This document shows, one piece after another, positions 54,684 to 64,000 of a stretch of DNA of 64,000 nt (position 1 is the first letter of the stretch; each line of letters starts with the position of its first letter). Source of the DNA: Candidatus Zixiibacteriota bacterium. Its GTDB lineage: Bacteria; RBG-13-66-14; B26-G2; WVWN01. Where the stretch lies: NCBI GenBank assembly GCA_011773985.1, contig WVWN01000064.1, forward strand, positions 32,580 through 96,579, written 5' to 3'. A program made the translations under genes and the position numbers. The notes under the pieces were generated by a model. The model worked only from the letters and a program-made list of their open reading frames with translations, made no database searches and was not told the DNA's origin.

Positions 54684-55865
54684 TTATATTACGCGGTCGC
54701 GCCTGAGCGCCACGATCAGCGCCGCGCCGCCTAAGGTCGCGCCCACGCCGGCCAGGAGCAGGCCGAGCCGGACGTCGGCCCGGTCGACTGCGGCACCTAT
54801 CGCCGGCGCGGCGGCAACGAACATTATACGGGAGGTCAGGTTTTTTATCGAGATCACGGTGGCGCGTTTATCTGACCAAGTGCGGCGGTTTATGTAGTCT
54901 TGGATTACGGGGTGCGAGAAGCCGCGGACGAATTGCGCGAATAGTACGACCAAGAACCCGAGAGGCGTCACGATAGCCGCCATCGCGAAGAGGGATGCGG
55001 CCAACAGGACGGGCAAGGAGGTGAGGGACAGCCGTTTTCCAAGGACGCGTTCCACAGCGAAAGCGATTTTGCCGGAGAAGGCCGCGAAGACGTTGAAGAG
55101 CGCGAAAATTAAGCCAAAATAATGCAGCGGGATGCGGCACAGCTCGAAATAGGGCTGATACAACCAGAAACTTACCGTTCCGAGGCCGTTGATAAGCGCG
55201 GCGAGTAATATGAGCCACCGGACCTCTACGTTCTTATAGAGTGCGAACCGGCCGATCTTGTACAAATAGTGTAGCTCGCCTCGGGGGTGCCTTCCTTTTT
55301 GGCGCGGCGCTTCGCGCAGAAGGAAACCCGCCAAGACCGCCACGGCGAGGGCGATAGCAGTTACGTGAAACGTAAGGCGGAGGCTGGCGACCGCGACGAA
55401 GCCGCCGCCGACCGCCGCCCCCGCGGCCCCCGTCATTCCCAAAAAAGACGCGTGACCTTCAACCTTCTGGTAGTCTCGCTCGCGGCCAAGCGCCAACAAC
55501 TTGTCGTAGAGTAGCGGCGTGTCGGCCCCGGAGATGGGCGACGCGCCGAGGGCCCATAAAATCTCCGCAACCAAGAATTGGCCGAAGCTGTGGCCCGTGC
55601 CGTAGACGACGCACGCCGCCGTTACCGCGCTCGCGCCCAGTAATATACTCTGCCGGTGGCCGACGCGGTCGGCGAAGAAGCCTTAGGGGATTTCTAGGGC
55701 CACGACCGCCAGGGCGAACGCGGTCTGCAGGACCATGACCCGCGTCATCGAGAGCCCCTGGCTCTGGAAGAAAATGACGATGACCGGGACGAAGAAGATC
55801 AAGTTCCCGCAAAAGCGCGCGGCATAAAGGAGCGAAATGTTGCGATTCAGACCTTCGCCGGACAC
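54684..55865 (-). pseudogene. MFS transporter interrupted by a single in-frame TAA (minus-strand codon at 55683-55685)
   Basis: Track ORFs 55683..55865 and 54684..55574 are in one frame (1182 nt = 394 codons); the joined translation ...ALEIP*GFFADRVGHRQ... places the stop inside MFS motif A (G.LaDr.Gr+). Confidence 0.55.
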
Positions 55866-55957
55866 GGAGTATATTTAAGAAAATATTGATGAAATTAAGG
55901 GGCAGCTCGCGCCGCCCCCAAGATATACTTTCGATGGGTTAGGGCCGCTTAACGTCG

Positions 55958-56602
55958 CTACCTTTTGTCACGCTCAGCCCACTTCCGCTTCAACATCTCG
56001 CCGTGCTCGTGTAACTTCTTTTTGATGAGGTCGCCCTTCCATTCCGGTATGGGCTCTTGCGTCGGCGCGGGGCCGGAGATTATTCCCTTGACGGTCGCGC
56101 GAATGGTGCGGATTTGCTTTTTTTTGCCTTTGGCGTCGACGCTCGCCGGGTCGACACCCTCGCTTTTGTCGATTTTCTCTTCGACCCACGTCTTGATATT
56201 TCCGAGGTCAGTTATGGCGTCGTTTATGAAGGTGCGGTTGTGGGTGCCGGGGGTGTAGGCCGGTTGGAGCTCTTCGAAAAGGTCGACGCCCTTGCCGAGC
56301 GTGATGGAGCAGAAGACGTTGTCCCAACCCAGCGTATCCTCGGCCGCGCCCAGGACGTCGTCGAGCATCTTGAGGTTGTCCGCTTTAGTGGGATGGTAGA
56401 CAGGCTGTTCCGGGATAATCCCCTCCTCGGCCTCTTCCGGCGGCGCCGTCACCTCTTCGACCGTAATTTCCTCGAATTCGCCCGTCTCCTTACCGGCCCG
56501 GCCTTTACAACCGAACGCTACGAGCATCGCCGCTATCGCCAGAACGAGCGCCCACCATAGATATTTACTTTTCATAAGGACTGCTCCTTTCCCTGATGGC
56601 AA
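55958..56602 (-). CDS. Hypothetical lipoprotein, paralog A
   Basis: Lipobox LVAFGC; shares ...LDD.LGA.EDTLGWDNV... and C-terminal EPIPEWKGD.IK.K.HE.GEMLKRKWAERDKR with the neighbouring paralog; probable start at the internal MKSKYLWW. Confidence 0.6.
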   Translation of the reverse strand: MPSGKGAVLMKSKYLWWALVLAIAAMLVAFGCKGRAGKETGEFEEITVEEVTAPPEEAEEGIIPEQPVYHPTKADNLKMLDDVLGAAEDTLGWDNVFCSITLGKGVDLFEELQPAYTPGTHNRTFINDAITDLGNIKTWVEEKIDKSEGVDPASVDAKGKKKQIRTIRATVKGIISGPAPTQEPIPEWKGDLIKKKLHEHGEMLKRKWAERDKR

Positions 56603-56780
56603 CGGGAATATGGCTGAAGGTATTTGGTCTTCATTTATATTATAATTTCCAGCTTAAGTCAACGGAAAAGTGCCGCCCGCATTTAACGTCCTCCTTTACG
56701 GAGGGCGAGGCGCGATAGGGGGTTTAAGTAAGAGAGGGGCGGCCCGAAGGCCGCCCGTACAATGGAAACGCATTATGACG

Positions 56781-57431
56781 TTATCTCTTGTCGCGCTCCG
56801 CCCATTTTCTCTTGAGCATTTCGCCCGCTTCGTGTTTCTTCTTTTTGAGCATTTCGCCCGCTTCGTGTTTCTTCCTTTTGATCTCGTCGCCTTTCCACTC
56901 GGGGATAGGCTCCTCTTTCTTCGGCGCGGGCGCGGGGCTTATCATGTCTCTCACGCGGGAGCGGATGCCGCGTATAGATTTCTTCTTGGCCTTGGCTTCC
57001 GTCCCGTTGGGGTCGACCCCCTCTGCCTTGGCGATTTTGTCGTCGAGGAAAGTTTTAACGTTGGTGAGGTCGTTAATAGCGTCGTCGATAAACGTGCGGT
57101 CACGCGAGCCGGCGCCGTAGTGCTCCTGGAGCGTGGTAAGGAGCGCGACGTTCTTCTCGAGCGAGATGGTGGCGTATACGTTATCCCAACCAAGGGTATC
57201 CTCGCTCGCGCCGAGGGTATCGTCGAGCATCCGAAGCGTATCGAGTTTGCTCGGCGTGTAGACCGGGGCCAGCGGCGCTTCAGGTTCCGCCGCGGGTTCC
57301 TCCGCGGGCGGCGCTTCGACGGAAATGGGAGCTTCGGCCGGTTCCCCCTTCTTGGCCTTCGCGCAGCCTAAGATGGCAACGCTTGCCGCCAATACCACCG
57401 CCACTAACCATAAAAATTCTATCTTCCTCAT
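56781..57431 (-). CDS. Hypothetical lipoprotein, paralog B
   Basis: Lipobox AILGC; same family as 55958..56602; carries an extra KKHEAGEMLKK unit. Confidence 0.6.
   Translation of the reverse strand: MRKIEFLWLVAVVLAASVAILGCAKAKKGEPAEAPISVEAPPAEEPAAEPEAPLAPVYTPSKLDTLRMLDDTLGASEDTLGWDNVYATISLEKNVALLTTLQEHYGAGSRDRTFIDDAINDLTNVKTFLDDKIAKAEGVDPNGTEAKAKKKSIRGIRSRVRDMISPAPAPKKEEPIPEWKGDEIKRKKHEAGEMLKKKKHEAGEMLKRKWAERDKR
56812..56877. repeat. Perfect-but-one 2 x 33-bp in-frame tandem duplication inside lipoprotein paralog B
   Basis: TTGAGCATTTCGCCCGCTTCGTGTTTCTTCTTT / ...CTTCCTT on the plus strand; encodes the duplicated KKHEAGEMLKK on the minus strand. Confidence 0.8.
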
Positions 57432-57538
57432 TTACTGTTACTCCTTTCGTGAATCGTTTCTTTGTTAAAAGTCTTTTTAGCGGCCTAGTATAATCGAGGC
57501 CGCGGTCGAAGTCAACATTTAATTTGGGTTACGCCGGT

Positions 57539-59083
57539 TTAAGCCTCGAGCAAGAGGTCCGTACGGCCGCTCGCGACAAAAGGCTTGGCCCGGCGGTCGA
57601 GGCCGTGGAGGACGTAGATACGTACGGGGTCTTTCTTCCCGCGTAAGCGGCTCGGCGGCAATGGCGTCGCGTAAGAGTAATCTTTGATACGGGCGTAGGT
57701 TGTGCCGTCGACTAAAATTTGGCCGCGGTCCGTTTGGCCTTCGATGCGTTGCGCCAGGTTTACCTTGTCGCCGATTACGGTATATTCCATTTTTTTCTCG
57801 GAGCCGATATTGCCCGCGACGACCACGCCCGTCGTGATGCCGATGCCGGCGTAGACGGGCTCTTTTCCTTCCGCGACGCGTTTTTTGTTGAAGGCGCCGA
57901 TGGCGTCCTGCATCTCGAGCGCGGCCAGGGCGCACTTGAGCGGCGCGTGGTCTTGGTCGAGGGGGGCGTTCCAATAGGCCATCACGCCGTCGCCCAGGAA
58001 TTTGTCCAGCGCGCCCTCGTACAGGAAGATTATGTCGATCATGATCGCCAAGTATTCATTCAGGAGGGCGACGACTTCCTGCGGTTCGTGACGTTCCGCG
58101 AAGGGCGTGAACCCCTCGAGGTCGGAAAAGAGTACCGTAACCTCGCGTTTCTCGCCCGCTAGGCTTATCGCGTCTTTTTGGGAGAGGATCTTTTCGGCGA
58201 CCTGTTTGGTTACGTACCTCTTAAAGGTGTTTTTAACGAACTCTCGGTCGCGTAGGCCGTCCGCCATCGAATTGAAGTCGTACGCGAGGCGACCGAGTTC
58301 GTCGCGCCGGCGGAGGGGAATGCGGTAGTCGAAGTCGCCCTCTTGAACGCGGCTCAAGCCCGCGGCCAGGTCTTTGACCGGTTTGGTCCAAGTGACGGAA
58401 ACTGCGACGGCGACGACGAGACCAGCGAGGATGAAGATGCCGGCTACCGCGGCCGCGGTTAATATCTCGCGTTCCACCAGCCGGTTTAGGCCCGCGACGG
58501 AGTAGCCGACGCTTATCATGTAGTGGGCTTTGCCGGTTCGCGGGTCCGTGACGTTGGCGTGGACGCGGCCGAGATTCGGCGCGTCAATCTTGTAGTAGTC
58601 CAACGGCTCGAGCTTGCGGCCCGCGGCGTCCACAACCGGGATGCGGGGATTCGAGGAGGCGACGACGACCTCCTCTTGACCCCGGAGGACGAGGACGTAG
58701 ACGGGCGCGAGGTCGTAATCGGCCGTATTGAGGCGGAGGCGATATATCTCCTTCAGCCATACCTCGAACGCGGCGGGCTCGAGCGTCGTGAAGGCGCGTT
58801 GGATGAGCCCCACCGTCAGGTTCATGCGCGCGCGGGCGTCCTCGTCGATGCGCGCAAGTTGCCGTTGGAGGTGGATGGCCGTAACGGTTACGATGGCGAG
58901 GACCAATATGGCCTCGATAACGAGCGTCAGTTTGAGCGCGAGCGTATTGCGGAATCTTATCCCCTTCGCGGCCATAAGCACTCGCCCGAGTTTAATCGCG
59001 CGCGCGGCCGGTGTCAAGCCGAATTTATGTATTGAGGTATAACGCCGCCGCCGGCTTCGGCCGGGAAGGTTGGGGTTTTGCAC
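57539..59083 (-). CDS. Membrane-bound class III adenylate/guanylate cyclase with periplasmic sensor region and HAMP domain
   Basis: Two TM segments flanking a ~150-aa extracytoplasmic region, HAMP, then cyclase core (VTVLFSDLEGFT...FLGDGVMAYWNAP...); probable start at the internal MAAKGIRF. Confidence 0.75.
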   Translation of the reverse strand: MQNPNLPGRSRRRRYTSIHKFGLTPAARAIKLGRVLMAAKGIRFRNTLALKLTLVIEAILVLAIVTVTAIHLQRQLARIDEDARARMNLTVGLIQRAFTTLEPAAFEVWLKEIYRLRLNTADYDLAPVYVLVLRGQEEVVVASSNPRIPVVDAAGRKLEPLDYYKIDAPNLGRVHANVTDPRTGKAHYMISVGYSVAGLNRLVEREILTAAAVAGIFILAGLVVAVAVSVTWTKPVKDLAAGLSRVQEGDFDYRIPLRRRDELGRLAYDFNSMADGLRDREFVKNTFKRYVTKQVAEKILSQKDAISLAGEKREVTVLFSDLEGFTPFAERHEPQEVVALLNEYLAIMIDIIFLYEGALDKFLGDGVMAYWNAPLDQDHAPLKCALAALEMQDAIGAFNKKRVAEGKEPVYAGIGITTGVVVAGNIGSEKKMEYTVIGDKVNLAQRIEGQTDRGQILVDGTTYARIKDYSYATPLPPSRLRGKKDPVRIYVLHGLDRRAKPFVASGRTDLLLEA

Positions 59084-59187
59084 AACGGACGCTTATACTT
59101 TATAATGGACCATTCCCCGGGCGTTTATTCTATTAAAGGCGGGCCAAATTGGCTTGCCGGGCCGTAAGCGGTGTGGTATTATTATAG

Positions 59188-61482
59188 TTGGAAATGCAGG
59201 AGGATGCGCTCTTCAACCTTCGGCGGTCGGGGTCGGCCCTATCGTTCGCGGCCGCGCTTTTTTTTATGGCCGCGGCGGCGCCGGCCCAGGACGAGCAGGC
59301 GCTCGGCGCCGAGCAGAGCGCCGCGGCCGTCCGGATTCCCGAGGGGCACCTGACGCCCGTTTACGCCGACGTTGCCCCGCGCATCGACGGCGTTCTCGAC
59401 GACCGCTGCTGGCAGGACGCGGCACGGCGCCCTACCGCTACCGCCTCCGGCTTCACCTACCGCGGCTTGCCCTACCTCCTTTGGGCTAAGGAGCAAACCA
59501 CCGCCTACGTTGCCAACGACGAGGAATACCTATACCTCGGCGCCAGGTGCGAGGTGGACAGCGCGGACCACGTCGTCGCTCGCATCCTGATGCGGGACGC
59601 CAATTTATGGTACGACGATATGTTCGAGGTCTTCCTCGATACCTTCCACGACCGCAAGTCGGCCTATTATTTCGCCGTCAACCCGCTCAACACGCAGATG
59701 GACGGTTACTTTTCGGAGGAGGGCGAAGTCGAGAACCGGAATTGGGACGGCGTCTGGTATTCGGCGACCTTCGTGGGTTACGACGCGTGGACCCTCGAGA
59801 TGAAGATACCGTTTCGTTCGCTAAGGTTCGGCCTTTTTAACGGCGAGTGGGGCACGAACTTCGTCCGCTTCCACAAACATACGGGGGACCAGACGGTTTG
59901 GAGGGACCCGGGGGAGAACCTATTGCGCGTTTCGCTCTTCGGCACCATGGACGCGCCCCCGCGGCGCCAGACGCGGCCCGTCGTCGACATCCAGCCGTAC
60001 CTCTCGGGCTCGTACCGCGACCTAGTCAAAACCGAGAAGGGAGAGTTTGACCACAAAGAGGGTTTAGACGTAGCCGCCCGTTTTTTACCGAGCATGAGCG
60101 TCGTCGGGACGTATAAGCCCGATTTCGCCCAGGTGGAAGCCGACCCCTACCGCATTAACCTTACCGACGAAGAGCTTTTCTACCCGGAAAAGAGGCCTTT
60201 CTTCCTCGAGGGACAGGAATATTTCGATACGCCGATATTGGCGTTCTACAGCCGGCGTATCGGCGATATCGAGTACGGCGGCAAGTTTTTGGGCCGCGTC
60301 GGCCCGACCCACCTTTACGTCTTAAGCCTCGACGCCGCGGAATACCTGGAAGACCCGGAGAACCCCGGCGGTCCCCACGATTACAATTTCAGCGTCGCAA
60401 GGGTGAAACAGGATATTACCGAACACGCCTCGGTGGGGGCTACGGGTATCCGGCGGACCGGCCCCACTTGGCGCGACAACGACGGCCTGAGCGCCGACGC
60501 CGCCATCTCTTTCAACGACGAGGTTATTTTCACCGGCCAGTTTGTTCGCGTCCTGGACGGCAAGACGGACCTCGCCGATAATGGCCTCGAGATGTCGCTC
60601 GCCCGCTGGACGTCGGGCCTCTCCTTGGGCGGCGGGTATCGCGACCTCGGCCCCGACCTCGACATCCTCAAGACCGCCTACATCCCTTACGACGACGTGC
60701 GGGGTTATTGGGCGTGGGCCGACTACGACCTTTGGCTCTACCGCTGGGGCATAAAGAAGTTGAATTGGAACGTCGAGCACGAGCGTTACCTCAACCACGG
60801 CACCATCGTCAAGACGCCTTTCGGTAGCGACGACCAAAGATTACAACGTGAGGGCGTCAACGGCGAGTTTGGCGTTTACCTCCAGAACAGGTTAACGTTT
60901 CGGACGTTCGCCGAGGCTAATTACCGCGCGGAGGTTTTTAAAATTTTATACGACCCGCCGCCCTCTGAGCCGCCGTACGCTTTTCCCGTTCGCCTAAACT
61001 TCGAAAACCGTTACTATGCCGGCAGCGTGGGTTATAACTTAGAGGAATGGTCGTCGGTATACGCGTTCTACGAATGGGGAAAACATTTCGACTACGATTT
61101 GAATTACTGGGGCGGCGGTTTTTCCGTCAACCCGTTCTCGCGCTTGACGCTGGCGTACGACGCCGATTACGAACTGCTGGACGGGACCTTCTACAACGAG
61201 GAGGGCCTGGAGGAGGAACATTACGAGTTTATAATCAACCGCCTCCACGCCGATTTGAATATAACCGACGAGCTGGCCGCAAGGTTCTTCGTCCAGTCGT
61301 CGAGCGACCTCGGCCATTACGCGACCAACGCTCTGCTCTCGTACGAGTTCGCGAAAGGCAGCCACGTTTACCTCGTTTATAATGAGAAGCGGCTTTACAA
61401 GGACCACCTGCGAAAAAAGCTCGGGCGACGTTTGCTCGACCAGCTAGTATTTTTAAAGGTGAATTACTTACTGGCGTTGTAG
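59188..61482 (+). CDS. Secreted CBM9-like plus DUF5916 domain protein (probable outer-membrane beta-barrel)
   Basis: N-terminal signal; PRIDGVLDDRCW and DDMFEVFLD CBM9-like motifs followed by ~550 aa typical of DUF5916; ends in an aromatic-rich beta-strand region. Confidence 0.6.
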   Translation: MEMQEDALFNLRRSGSALSFAAALFFMAAAAPAQDEQALGAEQSAAAVRIPEGHLTPVYADVAPRIDGVLDDRCWQDAARRPTATASGFTYRGLPYLLWAKEQTTAYVANDEEYLYLGARCEVDSADHVVARILMRDANLWYDDMFEVFLDTFHDRKSAYYFAVNPLNTQMDGYFSEEGEVENRNWDGVWYSATFVGYDAWTLEMKIPFRSLRFGLFNGEWGTNFVRFHKHTGDQTVWRDPGENLLRVSLFGTMDAPPRRQTRPVVDIQPYLSGSYRDLVKTEKGEFDHKEGLDVAARFLPSMSVVGTYKPDFAQVEADPYRINLTDEELFYPEKRPFFLEGQEYFDTPILAFYSRRIGDIEYGGKFLGRVGPTHLYVLSLDAAEYLEDPENPGGPHDYNFSVARVKQDITEHASVGATGIRRTGPTWRDNDGLSADAAISFNDEVIFTGQFVRVLDGKTDLADNGLEMSLARWTSGLSLGGGYRDLGPDLDILKTAYIPYDDVRGYWAWADYDLWLYRWGIKKLNWNVEHERYLNHGTIVKTPFGSDDQRLQREGVNGEFGVYLQNRLTFRTFAEANYRAEVFKILYDPPPSEPPYAFPVRLNFENRYYAGSVGYNLEEWSSVYAFYEWGKHFDYDLNYWGGGFSVNPFSRLTLAYDADYELLDGTFYNEEGLEEEHYEFIINRLHADLNITDELAARFFVQSSSDLGHYATNALLSYEFAKGSHVYLVYNEKRLYKDHLRKKLGRRLLDQLVFLKVNYLLAL

Positions 61483-61493
61483 AGGAACGGCGT

Positions 61494-62561
61494 ATGAGTT
61501 GGGAATCGATTCTGGACGAGGTGACCCGTTATCGCGAGGTCGACGCAGGCGACGTGGGTTCGCTCGTGCGCGACCTCCCGGAGACGTTGGAGGCGGGCGA
61601 GGCATTGGGCGAGAAAGTCGCCCGGCCTGGGCGCCACGAGGGCGTCGCGCGGGTAGCGTTTTTGGGCGTGGGCGGCTCGGGCGTCGTCGGCCGCGTTTTG
61701 ACGGCGTACCTCGAGGCGCGATGGCCGGTGCCGGTGGGAGTTGTAAGGGAGTTCCACGTGCCCGCCTGGGTCGGCGAGGAGACGCTCGCGCTCGCGGTCT
61801 CTTACTCCGGGAACACGCTCGAGACGTTGGCCGCGGCGGAGGAGGCCACGGCGCAGGGCGCGTCCCTCGTGGCGTTGACCGGCGGCGGCAAGCTGGAGAA
61901 GTTGGCGCGCAAGTCGTCATTCCCCTGTATTAAGGTACCGGCGGGCCGGCCGCCGCGTTGCTCGCTGGGCTACATGGCCGGCGGGTTGATGGGGTACCTC
62001 CGTCGGGCCGGCGTGTTCGAGTTCCCGCGGGCGGGGGTGGTTGCGGGCCACTTGCGCGATTGCTGGCTGCGGTGGGGTTTCGATACCCCGAGCACAGTCA
62101 ACGATGCGAAAAAGCTGGCGCGCGAGCTTTACGCCGCAGGCGGCGCCGCGGTATATGGCGCCGGGCCCCTCGCGGCCGTCGCCGCGGAGCGGTGCCGGAC
62201 CCAACTCGCCGAGAACGCCAAGTACTACGCCTCGGGCCACGCTTTCCCGGAGCTTTGCCACAACGAGCTCGTCGCTTTCGAGGTTCCCAACGCCGTCGCG
62301 CGCGACCTCCATGTCGTCGTCTTCCGGCCGTCGCGCGAGGGCTGCGCCGAAGCCCGCCAGGTGGACGCGGCGCTCGAGCTTATCGCGCCCGTCGTCCGGG
62401 GCGTAACGCAGTTGCGCGCCGAGGCCGAGAACGACCTCGCCGCCCTCTTCGAGCTTATTTACTTCGGCGACCTCGTCTCGTATTACCTGTCGCTTTTGCG
62501 GCGCGTGGACCCGAAGCCGGTAGCCAGCATCGAGAAATTGAAAAGGGCGCTCGCCTCCTGA
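61494..62561 (+). CDS. Bifunctional phosphoglucose/phosphomannose isomerase (SIS-domain, archaeal/bacterial PGI/PMI type)
   Basis: SIS domain (FLGVGGSGVVG), C-terminal bact-PGI_C-like region; 355 aa. Confidence 0.55.
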   Translation: MSWESILDEVTRYREVDAGDVGSLVRDLPETLEAGEALGEKVARPGRHEGVARVAFLGVGGSGVVGRVLTAYLEARWPVPVGVVREFHVPAWVGEETLALAVSYSGNTLETLAAAEEATAQGASLVALTGGGKLEKLARKSSFPCIKVPAGRPPRCSLGYMAGGLMGYLRRAGVFEFPRAGVVAGHLRDCWLRWGFDTPSTVNDAKKLARELYAAGGAAVYGAGPLAAVAAERCRTQLAENAKYYASGHAFPELCHNELVAFEVPNAVARDLHVVVFRPSREGCAEARQVDAALELIAPVVRGVTQLRAEAENDLAALFELIYFGDLVSYYLSLLRRVDPKPVASIEKLKRALAS

Positions 62562-62630
62562 AGGGGCAAGTGCCGAAGCTCGTGGCCGAGCTGTATAATC
62601 GGAAAGCGCTGATTAGAGACGGGGCCGGCG

Positions 62631-63968
62631 ATGAAGGTGTCTCGCAGCGTTGATAGGTCGGCGGATGGTTTGCCGCCGCGGAAGGCCGCGGCCGCGGCGT
62701 TGGCCGCGGTCTGGCGGGGCAGGAAACTGGACGAAGCGCTCGAACGTTCCGTAAGGCGGGGGCTCGAGCGCCGCGACGCCTCTTTCGCCGAAGAACTCGC
62801 CAAGGCGGTCGTGCGTAACCGCCGTTTCATCGACTATCAACTAACCCGGGTTGCGACGCGGCCCCTCGAGAAGTTGCCGCCTGCGGTGGTCGGCATCTTG
62901 CGTCTCGGCGCGGTGGAATTATTTTTAATAAGTACGCCGGCGTACGCCGCGGTGGCGGAAGCCGTCTCGGCAGTCAAGGACTCGCCGTTCGCGGGCCTCG
63001 CCCCCTTCGTCAACGGCGTACTACGTCGGCTCGCCTCCTGGGACGCGCCCGCTGAGCCGGGAGGCGACGATGTCGAAAGGCTCGGCGTCAAGTATTCGCA
63101 CCCGGATTGGCTCGTTCGCTGCTGGCTCGAGCGCTTGGGCCCGGGCGAGGCCGAGGCGTTGTTGGCGGCGAATAACGCGCCGGCCCCTCTCAACGTTTAC
63201 CCTAACCCGACCAGAACCGACCGCGAGGGATTGACCGCGGCCCTACAAGAGGCGGGTTGTCGCGTGGCGCCGGGGCCGCTCGCCTCCCTCGCCGTCGAGT
63301 TGGGGGCAAGGCGGTTGACGGAACTCGAAGCCTTCGCGGAGGGGCTGTTCGTTGTGATAGACCCGGCATCGTCGCTCGGGCCGCGGTGGCTCGCGCCGCC
63401 GGCGGGTTCGACCGCGTTGGACCTTTGCGCCGGCGCAGGGGGTAAGGCCGTGCAATTCGGCTGGTCCGTTGGCCCGGCGGGCAAAGTCGTCGCCGTCGAT
63501 AACGACGGCCGGAAGTTGAAGGCGTGCGCCGCGGCGGCACGGCGCCTCGGCTTAGGGAATATCGAAATACGCCGTGCCGATATACTAAAGGATGAGCTGC
63601 CGCTTTGCGACTACGTCTTCCTGGACGCGCCGTGCACGAACTTGGGCGTCATAAGGCGTAAACCGGACGTTAAGTGGCGGGTTCGGCCCGAGGACGTAGA
63701 GGCCGCGGCCGCGACGCAGGAGGCGCTGCTCGCGCGCGGCGTGGCCGCTCTCGCGCCGGGAGGGAGGCTCGTTTATAACGTTTGCTCGCTCGAGCCGGAA
63801 GAGAACGAGAGGGTCGTGGAGCGGGTTATGGATCGGACGGGGGCGAGCTTAGGTTTTTGCTCAAGGGAGGAATTCGGCCGCTTGTGCGACGGGCAATACC
63901 TCCGCACGTGGCCCCACCGCGACGGGTGCAACGGCGGCTTCGTCGCGATGCTTCGGAGGCGGAATTGA
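62631..63968 (+). CDS. rsmB: 16S rRNA (cytosine-C5)-methyltransferase RsmB/Sun
   Basis: NusB-like N-domain, SAM motif DLCAGAGGKA, catalytic LDAPCTNLGVIRRKPD. Confidence 0.8.
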   Translation: MKVSRSVDRSADGLPPRKAAAAALAAVWRGRKLDEALERSVRRGLERRDASFAEELAKAVVRNRRFIDYQLTRVATRPLEKLPPAVVGILRLGAVELFLISTPAYAAVAEAVSAVKDSPFAGLAPFVNGVLRRLASWDAPAEPGGDDVERLGVKYSHPDWLVRCWLERLGPGEAEALLAANNAPAPLNVYPNPTRTDREGLTAALQEAGCRVAPGPLASLAVELGARRLTELEAFAEGLFVVIDPASSLGPRWLAPPAGSTALDLCAGAGGKAVQFGWSVGPAGKVVAVDNDGRKLKACAAAARRLGLGNIEIRRADILKDELPLCDYVFLDAPCTNLGVIRRKPDVKWRVRPEDVEAAAATQEALLARGVAALAPGGRLVYNVCSLEPEENERVVERVMDRTGASLGFCSREEFGRLCDGQYLRTWPHRDGCNGGFVAMLRRRN

Positions 63969-64000
63969 CGCGGGGCGGCAGCGACGGTGCCGGTAAAGCT

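Noticed and set aside
56057-57371. Plus-strand ORFs 56057..56560 and 56670..57371
   Set aside because: Antisense to the two lipoprotein paralogs, which have signal peptides, lipoboxes and mutual homology.

Overview
This is a high-GC (about two thirds G+C), gene-dense 64 kb chromosomal segment. It most plausibly comes from an uncultivated Gram-negative bacterium that uses a type IX secretion system (T9SS): three large secreted peptidases here carry a T9SS C-terminal sorting domain, and a GWxTD-family protein is present. Most of the window is housekeeping and cell-envelope genes with good family signatures:
- ilvC, ppdK, rng, mreB, mreC, ispE, purN, ssb, tal, ridA, rnhB-like, mtaB, ubiE, rsmB;
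- four SurA/PpiD-type periplasmic chaperones, two EnvC-like M23 peptidases, a BamB-like PQQ propeller, and a C-terminal processing (S41) peptidase;
- tRNA-Val(TAC) and tRNA-Asp(GTC), each with a recognisable sigma70-type promoter and an intrinsic terminator.

No CRISPR array, IS element or integrase was seen.

The most unusual region is a minus-strand block at 19.4-23.0 kb. A radical SAM enzyme with a SPASM/twitch-like C-terminal Cys cluster is followed by three tightly packed tandem paralogs. Each paralog is about 260 aa, has a signal peptide and five repeats of a (G[IL]AF[DE]G.Y[IL]W)-type blade motif, and ends in a nearly identical 45-aa tail. The three genes show mosaic nucleotide identity consistent with gene conversion, and a promoter plus hairpin/U-tract leader sits in front of the first paralog. 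This looks like an undescribed radical-SAM-maturase plus secreted beta-propeller substrate or partner system.

Other oddities:
- a triplicated remnant of a DNA methyltransferase 3' end (…LAYELYGLTEEEIKIVEAS*) with perfect palindromes between ctpA and tRNA-Asp;
- a self-contained small-ORF or sRNA unit with its own promoter, a perfect Shine-Dalgarno site and a terminator;
- two tandem subtilisin paralogs driven by near-consensus promoters;
- a clan-CD (gingipain-like) T9SS peptidase;
- an MFS transporter interrupted by a single in-frame TAA inside its conserved motif A;
- two paralogous lipoproteins, one carrying a fresh in-frame 33-bp tandem duplication.

All coordinates for features that are not ORFs were derived by hand and may be off by a few nucleotides.
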